A stretch of 63,829 nt of DNA, filler included, from Folioceros fuciformis (lineage: Eukaryota), in NCBI GenBank assembly GCA_049999805.1. It is 14 parts of 14 records of this genome, joined end to end, with 100 filler letters (N's around TTAATTAATTAA, not from the genome) between each part and the next. Parts side by side here need not be neighbours in the genome. Positions count along the whole stretch, not along the records: positions 24,467 to 28,334 come from JBNGIO010003259.1; positions 28,435 to 30,844 come from JBNGIO010003260.1; positions 30,945 to 39,219 come from JBNGIO010003261.1; 11 more parts are not named here. One strand, 5' to 3'. The translations under genes and the position numbers were made by a program. A model generated the notes under the pieces. It made no database searches and had not been told where the DNA came from. It worked only from the letters and a program-made list of their open reading frames with translations. Of the stretch, positions 24,467-36,376 are shown in pieces. Every line of letters begins with the position of its first letter. The first letter of the stretch is position 1.

Positions 24467-26563
24467 GCTTTGGACGTTGCAGGGGCCAATCATCCAATTA
24501 TGGAAACATCACCTCTCTTCAAGGTGGGAAGAAGCCTGGTAATTGCAATTACTGCAATAAGCTAGGGCATTGGATTAAAGATTGCAGGAAATGAAAGGGC
24601 GATGAGGCAGTAAAGGGAAAAGCAACCTGAAGGACATACTGCGAGAGCCTCGACGTCGGGGTTACTTGTAGCTTGCCTTAATTCAGTTGCTCGTGATTCA
24701 CAAGGATGTTTCTTGACAATGGAGCGTTGAATCACATGTGCTCATCTCGAAAGCAGTTTGTTACATATCACTGTGTTCCAACCTACCATAAATCAGCAGT
24801 TTCATTAGGAGACAATTCAGAAGTCCCCATCAAGGGTATTGGAACAGCCTAAATCTTCTTGAAGGATGGAGGGACTTTGAGGCTAGAGAATACCTTACAT
24901 GTACCTTTTGCTTGCTAAAAACTTGGTGAGCACAATGGCACTTGGTAAGACTGGCCTCTATAGAATCACCTTTGAGGGTACGTCGTGTGTGTTCTCTACA
25001 TTGGAATCTCCCACTAGGGTCATATCTAGGGGTTCTCCCTTGTATGATCTATATCTGCTAGATTTTGTTTCCCCAACTTCATCCAAGCCTGCAGCACACG
25101 CAGCTGGAGTGAGGTCAACTGCAAGTAAGGCCTTTCATTGGCATTGCCGGCTTGGTCACCCCAACATTAAGGCTATGCGAAGGCTGCTCAAAGAAAAAAT
25201 GGTAATAGGATTTTCAGAATCCAAATTATCTAACCTGGATTTGTGCATGGCTTGTGTACATGGGAAACAATCTAAGTCCCATTTTGGCAGTGGTAAGCCA
25301 CGCAAGCCCACAGATGTTCTTGATCTCATCCACAGAGACATCTGTGGTCCAATGTCTGTGGCCTCATGGGGAGGAGCTAGTTACTTTGTTGTATTTGAAG
25401 ATGATATGTCTCATTTCACCGTAACGGAGCTCCTGCAGCATAAGAGCGAGGTATTTGAGAGTTTTAAAAGATGCTTAGCCTATGTTGAATGACAAACAGG
25501 CAAGCAGTTGAAGTGCATACATTTAGACAATGCTAAAGAGTATCTTTCTACAACCTTCCAATAGTTGTCAGGATAAGGGGATCACTCGAAAATTAACAAT
25601 TCCCTATCATTCAAACATGAATGGAAGGGTTGAAAGGAGACATTGTATTATACAGGATACAGCTCGCTCCTTACTGTTTCAGGGGAGGCTATCAGTACGT
25701 TTTTGGGCAGAAGCAGTCCAAGTTACTACTTATCTTCAGAATAGGATTGCCGCCTCTTCTTCTCTTCGTGGGGTAACACCATTTGAGGCGTGGACAAGTC
25801 ACAAGCCTAACTTATCTCATCTTCGCGTTTTTGGCAGTGTAGCCTATGCCCACATTCCTTACAAGCTGCGACATAAGTTTGCCTACAAGTCAACAAGGCA
25901 TATCTTTATTGGCTACACTATTGGAATTCATGGGTACAACCTTTTCGACCCTACCTCACGCAAAGTCAGTCACGCTAGGACTGTTGTATTTGATGAGTGC
26001 CCTATCTTGAAGCTTTCAGAGGTGGTTGATCCTGTAGACTATGAATACCCAGTCTTAGTACCTGAGACAAACAAGAATTTATCCTTAGAGGTACATTTAG
26101 ATGTTGTTGAATTTCCTATCTTTGATCCTTCTTTTCCTGATGTCATTGTCTCAGCTCTGGACACACCTTTAGACATACCTCTGCCACCTCACACCTTTGA
26201 ATCTCATACCAGTGATTACAACTTGTCTGATTCAGACTCAGCCACAAGTTTAGAACAGTCTACATAAATGGTTCCTGTTCCTCCTGCTTCCATCAACTTA
26301 CTTGTTTCAGACCTTGAGGTTGATGACCCACTACAGTTTGTGTTACCTCTCCCTGATTCCCCCGAACATTCAGTTTCCCTACGTCGCTCTTCTCGACCCC
26401 ATAGGCCTCAGGGAGGAATGGTTAGAGGAACCCTACAGACCGGAGGCCTGGGTTGGACGTTGGGAGCCACAACCTGTTTCACGCTCGGTTGACACTGGAT
26501 CTAGAAAGACGGTTAGAGATAGAGCTCATGTTGCAGTCATCCCTGGTCATGAGCCTTAGTCCT
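24467..26563 (+). mobile_element. Ty1/Copia gag knuckle-protease-preintegrase-integrase (decayed)
   Basis: CNYCNKLGHWIKDC, FLDNGALNHMC, WHCRLGH...CMACVHGKQ, LDLIHRDICGP, FWAEAV, HLRVFGS. Confidence 0.95.
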
Positions 26564-28334
26564 TGATAATTTTCTAAGAGCAGTGTGCACACACAATTGC
26601 CAAAAGCAGAAGATAATAAATTAAGCACAAATATAAATTATATACAAATTTTAAGAGTCATGACTGTTCATAACCCTAAAGTCTAGGCTGCTAACAATAG
26701 CTACGTTTACTTATATATACATGACCCTAAACGCAGGGGTTATATATCTTAACACGCCCCCTTAAACGGAGCGTTCTCTTAGCAACGCAAAGGTGGCAGA
26801 TTTGGCGGGATCCTTCACAGAGTATCTGGCAGGATGCGCGTTCGTGATCGCCGTTTTCCTCCTAGGCCAGCATATCGAGGAGCAGCAAAGGAAACAGAGA
26901 AAAACGGGCGCGCAACCTAGAATGCCGGCATCTGGGGAACATATGGTGCGACTTCACAACGGACAAGCTGACAGCATACTGGATATCCGGGCGAGTCCAG
27001 CAGCTGATGTAATTTAAACATCCAACGGCATGACGATACGGATACTGGGACATGGCCTGACGCTCAGCATCATCAGTAGGGCAATCGTCAGCGGAAAGTT
27101 TGAGGCCAGGGACACCTAGAGTAGACACAGGATTGGAAGAAGCCAGATGGGATCGGTGAAGAGTCTCAACGATATACTTGCGCTGGTGAAGAATAAGAGT
27201 TTGCTCATCCAGGTTACGAACCAACTGAACTCCAAGCACAAAGGTGAGAGGACCAATATCTTTCATGTCGAATTGCTTATGCAGCATACTCTTAACCCAA
27301 GAGAGTAACTCCAGATTGTTGGACGCCAGAATGGCGTCATCAACATAAAGGGCCAAGATGACGAGATGGCCGCCCTTAGAGTACATATACACGTTGGCAT
27401 CGCCAGGATTCTGTACAAAACCAATGGACTTAAGGTATTTATCTATGGTTTTTGTACCATTCACAGGTAGACTGCTTGAGACCGTAAATGGTTTTCTTCA
27501 AACGACAAGCCCAGGTAGGATGTTCTAAATCAACAAAACCCTTTGGCTGTTGCATGTATATCCTCTTCGAGCTTGCCATACAAAAACGCTGTACAGACAT
27601 CCATCTGTTGCAAATCCCAGGCATTAGCAGTTGCAAGTATCATTCTTTTGTGAATTCACAAGTATCATACTGTGTTTTAACGACAGGGCTGAAGGTGTCT
27701 TGAAAATCAACACCTGGAATTTGAGTGAAGCCCCGAGCAACAAGACGGGATTTATATCTGGCAATCTCGCCTTTTTCATTAAGTTTGTGCTTGAATACCC
27801 ACTTACAGCTGACCACTTTGCGTCCTGCAGGTAAAGGGCAAAGTTCCCAAGTGTCGTTCTTAATAAGTGAATCATATTCATCTTGGATGGAGGGTATCCA
27901 ATGAGCTTTATCAGCTCCAGTGATAGCCTTAGAGTAGGTGCGTGGCTCAGGCTGGAAAACAGGAAGTTCATCAGCGGTATCCTTCAGAGAGAGGCCTGCC
28001 CTAGGCCGCCGGAAATCGACTGACTGGTATAGAGGTTCTTTCTACCGAGTTGGTGGTAACCTTTCTCGTACGGGATATCTGCGCTCAGCTGGTGGAGCTG
28101 GTGTAGGGATATCATCATCACCCTACAGTGCAAAATCTGGTAACGGATCGGCGTCGGCTGAAGCATCTGAAGTTTGTGAAACATCGTCTAGAATGCCCTG
28201 ATGCTCTTGCTCATATTGTGCTGGTACTGGTTCAAGAGCAGAGACATTGGTCGGATCTGGAGCATTCTCAGCGAAATCTGGAAGGACAGGTGCTGCAGGA
28301 TCCTCGACGGGAGCAACTGGATTGCCTGGTGGAG
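26564..28334 (-). mobile_element. Ty1/Copia RT with RNase H deleted, PPT and 191-bp 3' LTR; inserted into the + strand Copia
   Basis: LYVDD, MKDIGPL, WTRPDIQYAVS, then homology stops at about 26965. PPT TTAAGGGGGCG at 26755-26765; LTR 26564-26754 (TGTTAA...TTATCA). Confidence 0.92.
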
Positions 28335-28434
28335 NNNNNNNNNNNNNNNNNNNNNNNNNNNNNNNNNNNNNNNNNNNNTTAATTAATTAANNNNNNNNNN
28401 NNNNNNNNNNNNNNNNNNNNNNNNNNNNNNNNNN

Positions 28435-29031
28435 TTTTGATACAGCTGCCACAACTCTAGGTCTTGAGGCAATCCATCCCGGACTAACTGCACCGTTTGG
28501 GACTGTGTGGTCATGAGTGTGCAGGCTCTCCTGCTCAAGGCATCTGCGACCACGTTAGAAGTCCCAGTGACATACTTGATCTCGAGGTCGAAATCCACCA
28601 GGTATTCGGCCCACCTATGCTATCTGGAGTTGAGGTTGGGTTGTGAGAAGAAATGTTGTAAGGAGTGGTGGTCTGTGTGACACACCACCTTCTGGCCCAA
28701 GAGGTAAGGCCTCCACACCTTGAGAGTGTGGGTGATCGCCAACATCTCTTTGTCATGTATAGCGTAATTCAACTGTGCCCCTTGCAACTTCCTGGATTCG
28801 TAGACAATAGCTCGACCCTATTGTGACAGTACTGCACCCATAGCAAAATCTGATGCGTTTGTGTGCAGGGTGTATGGGGCTTGGGGGTCTGCCATCGCTA
28901 GCACGGGAGCCGACCTAAGGGCTTGCTTGAGCTGTTCAAATGCCTGGATGGCCGCTGGCCCCAATTGTAAGGGTTTGGTGGTTGAGTGCCTGAGAGCATC
29001 CGTTAGGGGAACAACTATCTTACTGAAACTG
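28435..29031 (-). mobile_element. Ty3/Gypsy RT-linker and RNase H fragment
   Basis: AFEQLKQALRSAPVL, TNASDFAMGAVLSQ, YESRKL, DKEMLAI, TDHHSL, NVVADALSRR. Confidence 0.92.
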
Positions 29032-30844
29032 AATGAGCAAGCTTCCATCCTTAGCTTGCTTTGTATAGAGGCAATGATCCTCCTTGCTACATTTGTAGCC
29101 TTGAGAAAGCATAAATGAGTGGAACTTGTAATACCATTCCCTGGGTGCATGCTTCAAATCATAAAGGCTCTTCTTTAACATGCACACCAGATTCTCTTTG
29201 CCCTTCTCAATGAAACCCTCTGGTTGCTATATGTATACCTCTTCCTGGAGATCACCATGCGGAAATGCCGACTTCACATCCATCTGAACAAGTTCTATGT
29301 CGTTCCTCACAACTAGAGCAAGAACACATCGGAAGGTGGTCATTTTGACAACTAGTGAGAAAATCTCATCAAAGTCAATACCTTGCTGTTGCTTAAAACC
29401 CTCAGCAACCAATCGTGCTTTGTACTTGGGTTTGCCATAATGGGGTATGTCCTTCATCTTATACACCCATTTGCATGGCAATGCCTTCTTACCCCTAAGC
29501 AACCGAACCAACTCCCAAGTTTGGTTCTTATGGAGCGAATCCATCTGCGACTGCGTCGCCTTCTCCCACTTGTCCTTGTCAGTCACTCATATGGCTTCTT
29601 GGTAAGAAGAGGGCTCCCCACAATCCGTTAGCATGACATAATCAAGAGATGCAACATACCTGTCAGGAGGACGTGAAATCCTTCCTGACCTACGAAGCAC
29701 AGGCGCCTCGACCGGAGCTTGTTGCACTCTCTCTTCTTCTACAAGTGGAGGAATGGGTTCCTGCACATCATGACGTTCAACCTGTGCAGAACGGTCAAGA
29801 CCATCTTCTTGGAAGACCACCCGTCACACCTCCACATTTGGAGTAGCCTTCTTGTGCATTTTTGTCTCATTGAAGAACACGTCATTGCTGCGAACAACCT
29901 TCTTGGCCTCTGGATCCCATAGACGGTATCCCATCTACGGTATCCCATCTCACCAAATTCACCATAGCCAAGAAAAATACATTTCTTAGACTAGGGTGCC
30001 AACTTGTCCCGAAACTCCTTTGGAACATGGCAGTATGCCTCGTAGCCAAACACTTGTAGATGCGTGTATGACGGCTTCTTTCCAAACCACATCTCCTTTG
30101 GAACCTACTCATCCACAGCCTTATTAGGAGATCTGTTAATAAGATGCATTGCATTAGCCACTGCTTCTGCCCAAAATCCATTAGGCAGTCCAGAGTTTGA
30201 CAACAAACTACGCATCCTCTCCTAGATGGTCCTGTTCATCCGTTCAACCACACCATTCTGGGAAGGAGTATGCGGGGCAGTCAATTCTCTCTTGATTCCC
30301 TTGGAATCACAGAATGACTTGAAAGCCTTTGAAACATACTCTCCCCCATTGTCTGTCCTTAGACACTTCAGTTGGAGGCCAAACTGATTCTCCACAAGGG
30401 TGACGAATTTCTAAAACACTGTCAGAACATCATCCTTTATCCTCAAAGGATAAACCCACACCTTGCGTGAGAAATCTATGAAAGTGACAAAATAGGGTGC
30501 ACCGCCTAATGATATAGTGGGCATAGGTCCACAAAGATCACTGTGAACCAATTCAAGAGGTTTACTTTTGTGTTTACCTCTTGCTCTATGTCGTGACTTC
30601 GTTTGTTTCCCATACAAACAGTGCTCACACACGGAGAAATTGGAGAAGTAAAAAACAGGGACGTTTCCAAAACGAGATAAGATCTTCAGTCCTTTTTGAG
30701 ACATATGTTCTAACCGACAATGCTACAAGGAAACACTTGGCTGTTCCGTTACACAAATCATATGATCCTTGACAGCGGTTACCTGAAGTGAGTACAAAGT
30801 GCCACACTTCGATCCACGAGCTAACACAAGAGAACCTTTGGAGA
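29032..30844 (-). mobile_element. Ty1/Copia (Tnt1/Tork-like) preintegrase-integrase-RT N-terminus
   Basis: CEHCLYGKQ, LELVHSDLCGP, RTDNGGEY, LRRSGRISRPPDRY, YKARLV, QMDVKSAF. Confidence 0.93.
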
Positions 30845-31033
30845 NNNNNNNNNNNNNNNNNNNNNNNNNNNNNNNNNNNNNNNNNNNNTTAATTAATTAA
30901 NNNNNNNNNNNNNNNNNNNNNNNNNNNNNNNNNNNNNNNNNNNNTCCCTTCGTTGATGTTGATTCTTCAGATTAGGGGAGTGTAAACCACAACCATTTTG
31001 TCAGATCCTAACCTCGATTTTGGCAAACAACAG

Positions 31034-32917
31034 TCTGTGGCATTTACTGGAGTTTGGGGCTATTCTCTAGCTGCGGTATGCCTGGCCTATGGGCTAATAC
31101 ATTCCTTCTTGCTACTTTGCACCTGTTTATGTGGGTGTTGCAAGCTGAGGCCTCAGAAGGACCAATTGAAAACTCTGCAGGTGTCTGCTGTTTGCTTCTT
31201 TGCCCTCATAGCCATGTGAGTATGCAACGGTACCTTGATGCTGGCAACTTAAAATGAGGATTGCCAAAAAACCATGAAATGTCATGAATGCTTTCTTTAT
31301 CGACCATAAGAACCCATATTTCCGATCATGGCAAGCCCATCATGTGTGAGCCATGATCCAACAGCTTGGGTGATTAGATCTGCAGGATGGGAGCCTTCAT
31401 CATTTTTGTCGGCAATGTGAAGCTGGGCGCGCAGTTGCAGGAGACTACCAACGTAATTGTGGGAACCATAAATGATGTTCTGCGGCAAATCAACCAGATT
31501 CTGATCTTTATTCGTCGTGCAACTCAGCCCATTGCCAGTCAAGAAATACAAGATGAGGTTATCTTCGCCTGCAATATGATGAACGACACTGCACATGAGG
31601 TGGACCAGTTTGTCCAGGATAGAAGGCAGTGGCTATATAAAATATTCGGGGAAGTGTGAGCCCATAGAACCCAACCTTCTTTAATTATAGATTAGTCCAC
31701 GTCTGGATGGATGGAAAGTGATTGTCCCTCGGCACTGCTGTGCAGTAAGCTGGCTCTGACTGTGACCGCAACTATTGTAGTGTCAACCCTGGTTGCTGGA
31801 GTGGGTGAGCACCTTCTCTTATTTCACTGAAGAATCGTACGCAATTGGTATATTTTCTAGTCTGACCACCTCCTTGGATGCCACAGGGGCAACATGCTAT
31901 CGCCACCGTGTGTTCATTCTTTCGTAAGTGCCTAAACAACTTCTTTGACACAGCAGCTTCTGCATATCGAGCGTCTGAGCTTGAGCAGCAGTCTGACGAG
32001 TCTTACTCACGAATGCGATGCTCAGGCTTTTCTTCTTCATGGTTCTGCTTCTCTTCTGCACTTGGATGCTGGCAGGCATCAGCTTTGTTCTTTCCAAGTA
32101 AGCTCCACGTCACGGCGCATTTACCTGATTTATTTGCAACTCCAAGTTACTGTACTCACACAAGTTTCGAACAGTGTGGCCTCTGATGCCTGCACAGCCA
32201 TGCGAGAATATGAGGTTGACCCTTTAAATTCACATCTCGCTAAGCTTCTACCCTGCCTGGACCAAGCTTTTGCGGAGGCAACATTGATTGGGGCCCGTAG
32301 CTCGATCAAAGCTCTCATCAATCAAACCAATACTGTGATTGACATGGTAAACGAGAAGGAGGAGGAGAATGCTCAGAAAAATAACGAGACCCACCCCAGG
32401 TTGACGTTGGAGTATGTCTGTGATCCTTATGGCCCCGCCCCATTGTATGACGTGCAAAATTGCTCCACAAATGTGAACGACTTTAGGGACTTTGCCAAGG
32501 TACGTCGCCTTAGACTAGTCAGTAATTTGCATACTCTGAGCCCCACAATTAAAGTGGCGCATGTTGCAGGATTACGCTAACTACCGGTGTATTAATGACT
32601 CACTGGACTATTGTTTTGATATGGATACCCCCATTCCTAACACCGCCTTTATCGAGCTATCCATAGCAATGAACGCATCCCGCGATGTCTACAACACGCT
32701 GCCCACACTGGTGAAAATCATGACCTGTGATTTTGTGAAAGCAGCGTTTCAAGTACTTATTGTTGAACATTGCACTCCTCTCCGTTACTCCCTATACTTG
32801 CTCTGGATCGGGTTTATCCTCGCTGCCCTAGCAATGATGCCTCTCGAGGTGATCTGGCCAATTATCTACAACTGCCTACCCAATGGCAATAATAGAATAG
32901 CGCCAGGGAAGCCATAG
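31034..32917 (+). CDS. Plant Tweety-like multi-pass membrane protein (At2g12400-type family); multi-exon, 5'-truncated
   Basis: SVAFTGVWGYSLAAVCL, several hydrophobic exons, VASDACTAMREY...LLPCLD, VCDPY, CDFVKAAF...HCTPLRYSLYLLWIG; GT-AG introns; stop at 32915-32917. Confidence 0.8.
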
Positions 32918-33305
32918 GTAAATGAAGCAAGCCCGCCAACAGTCGAAGACAGCTAGTACTGTTGCCATTTTTCAACGAGGTATCCAGGACTAGATCTAAC
33001 TCAACTAAGCCAGAGCACTGGACAGCGGGATGGCCATTGGAAGAAAACACAGAAAGGTCCTTGCGAGGCTGCTGAAGCCTACCCCTTGGCTACACGTCAT
33101 ATTCTGAGGCACGCAAACATCTGGACAAGGAACCTGCACATCCAACCTTCCTTTGCCCTGCTTACAGCGTACGAAAGAAGAAAGAAGACAGCCCAGATGT
33201 TCCACAGCCAATCAACACATGAAGGGCCAACTTGATTTCAAACCACCGAACAAGTTTAATGCCTAGTCTGGTATTCACCCAACCGGTAACATCCGTGAAG
33301 AGGCT

Positions 33306-35549
33306 CTAGTAACTGACCAGGGGCTCCGTTGGACGCCTGTCCGGAACTGAGTATACGTCATCTACTTTATAACACTCCACGTTACCACCTTCTTTGCCAG
33401 CTTTATCAAAGGTTGCTCTATCTTGATGAATGTCTTCAAGGATTTCAAGGTATTGCATAACTAAAGGATCTGTCCAGGGACAGCCCCAGGGAGCATCCTC
33501 GCCGGCAATCCATCCAAGATGTCCGCCACTGGGTGTGATGACCAGCAAAAAATTGCAATTTTCCTACATCACCGAAAGTTATACGAAAACATTCAAAGCC
33601 AAACCTCAGATCCAAATAAACCTGAAAAAGTCAGGATCACAAACCAGCGAGAGCAAGCACCGGACCGAGAATGCTTTTAATCATTTTTATTGCCAACACT
33701 ATAGAAGGAAGAGGAAGTACCTCTATCTCAGCCCGGGGTGTCGCGCGAATTGGTGCAATAGGATCATCAGCAGCCTGTGTCATACACTGTTAAAGGTGAG
33801 GTCCACATCCAACAGTACTTTTACATGGACAATTTCAGGTTTGACGTGAAATATTGATGAGTGATCTAGCGATGTGCCTTGTATACCTGAATGCACAGGA
33901 CAGGAATGGTGACGTCTTTCACAACACGCGAGCTGCTTGCATCTTCATAGTACTCCTCAACCGTCCTGTACCCAAAGGACACTGTAAAACCGACACCTAA
34001 GGTCAACTTGGGCTTCCAAGTACCACCCTTGAAATTGCAGACGCCTAGACAATCCACATCTGTGCAGTGGCTGCAGGCCTACCTCGCGTTAATCCTTCAT
34101 CAAAATCTCTTACTGTCTTCGCTTTTGCAACCAAAGCCATGTCATACTCTCCTCCAATGCCGTCAAACAATGCCGCATGTCTGTATATTGAGTTCTCCTC
34201 TTAGATTCTTTGACTTCCTTCTGAACTAACAGAGTAGACCGGTGTACAGCCCTAGACACACCAGCCCATGGAAACTTACTTTTGGTAGATCTTTCGTAGT
34301 CCTCTGCCCAGGCTTCTATCATACACGTTATTGAAACCTTTGCGGAAATCTTCATTCGAAATTACAAGGTTAAAAGGGTTGCACAATGAAGCAGCACCAG
34401 AAAGAGGACAACCCTCACCCTCCTGTACACCAGAAGCGAGTCAAGTTTCTTCCTTCCTCAGAAGCCAGTCCCGCCGGTAAATTGGGTAGCATGCTCACCT
34501 GGCCCAGATAATTGATAAGAATATTGGCGCCTAACGACCAACCAACTCCGTACAGTCTGGACAAAGGGAAACGAGCACCCACATGCTTCACAACCTGCCG
34601 GAGGTCTTCTGTAAATGAAGCAGAATAGAACTGAATGAACCCACAATATTTTAGTTCATGTTAGGTCTTTCTACATCCCTGAGATGTTCCAGTTGAACGG
34701 GAAGAGTTGAAAAAAACAGAATACAGCTTGGAGCCGCTGGTAGGACCTGAGGAGAGGTAACCGGGCTATCTCCACAACCACGACTGTTAAATACCACGGG
34801 CCTCCATCCCTGTCGTCTTAAACGTAGCAGCAAGTGCCTAACGTATGTATCCCCGCTGCCCCCCGTTAGACCAGGCTGGCATTCAACAGATAACGATCAC
34901 GAAAGTCCAAGACACACAAGAATTTCAAAGAAGTAACAAGCACAAGAAACATGGATGCCCCATATAAGTAACAGGACGCTCAGGTTTTGCCTGGGATTTG
35001 GTCAAACCAGTAACACCACCACCGGAGCAGCTTCAGAAAGTTCTGTCTTCCACGTGTCACTGTCCGGTCCATCTATGGGCCAGTCAAGAGCCACCGTGCC
35101 TCCATCTGCCATCCTAAGGTACTCTCGCCTATATTTGACATCGGGAAGAGTGCGAAAAAATGCTGCAAACAGCGTCTCCACATGCCTGTTTTTGATAATC
35201 AAATAAGACTTATAAGGCTCCTTCAACTTATGAAATCTTTGAAGGATCTCCTTGTTACGACCCTCAGGATTCGCGACAACTTCGAGAGGCTCTCCATCTG
35301 TACCAGCCTTTCCAGCTTTCGTCCTGCGCCAGGATTCAAAGTCATCTTGTGAAAGACTATCCTTCTCATCCAAATGGAACAGGGTGCAAACAATCTAACT
35401 GTCCCACACGTCATTGATGAACAACAATCAACTCGTCCAGGTTCCAGCGAAGAAAGATTGGAAGGGAGACTGCCAAAATACGATGAGGCAAGTCTGGTAG
35501 CCAGTGCATGGATACTAGCCCTCCTGAAAAGAACGAAACCTCTCTCCAT
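33306..35549 (-). CDS. EMB8/YheT (ABHD1/3-like) alpha/beta hydrolase; 8 exons; start uncertain
   Basis: NRHVETLFAAFFR, DGGTVALDW, PGLTGGSGDTYVR, FNSRGCG, FYSASFTEDL, nucleophile GWSLG, DFDEGLTR, AADDPI, GGHLGW; the full Ser-Asp-His triad can be spliced with GT-AG introns. Confidence 0.9.
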
Positions 35550-36376
35550 GCCGCACATGGTCATCAAGGGAAACATGAATAGCAATATGGTAGGCAAAAG
35601 CAGGGTAGAGTCGAAGTCGCTTGGGTGCATTTGCACCCCTACGGCACATACCAAAGTATTCAACGAAAAAAAAAAAAAAAACAACTCTCACCACCCCAAT
35701 CCGGCCCTGGTCAGCTGCCGGCCCAACTTGATTCCTCTCCGAGTCGTGCGGACAGGCACTGTGTGAAGGCGAGTGAGAGATGTGCCAGAAAAAACCTCTA
35801 ATGCGGCTGCCATATCTGACAGACCTAGTTCTTAGTTCATCTCCAAGCATCCAGACATACGGACAGCTAAGGAGTCGTCCAGTTATGAGACCAACATGAG
35901 TACATGCAGCTGATTGTCCAATTCGATGCCTGCCGGAGACGAGCGCACATCAGGTCCTACAAGGGCTAGGCACCCAGGCTGCCGACTGTAACGTCCAGAT
36001 TGTCGCAGGCAGGCTTGCTGCGGAATAACTATTATATACTACCAAAGCAAAGAAGATACTTGGATCACTGCGAATTCTGGCTCAAGCATTGCGAGTCGGG
36101 GCTACAAGAGCCGGCGAGCATAACACAAGGCAGGCCATGCATACCGTACTCGGCCCTCTGGAAACATTTTCTGGGACGGCCTGGCCCACATCACCGGCCA
36201 CACAAGTGATCGAAGGACTAAACACGTCGCGATGAAAGTCGATACCCGTCACTGACTGTGTCGGTCACGACACTCCGCCGCACTCGGAGGGAGACAACCA
36301 AAAGGCAGATGGTGGATATTGATGGGTTACTGTAATATTTCCTTGTTTTACGCAGGGTAAAAAATGCGCCTCTGGC

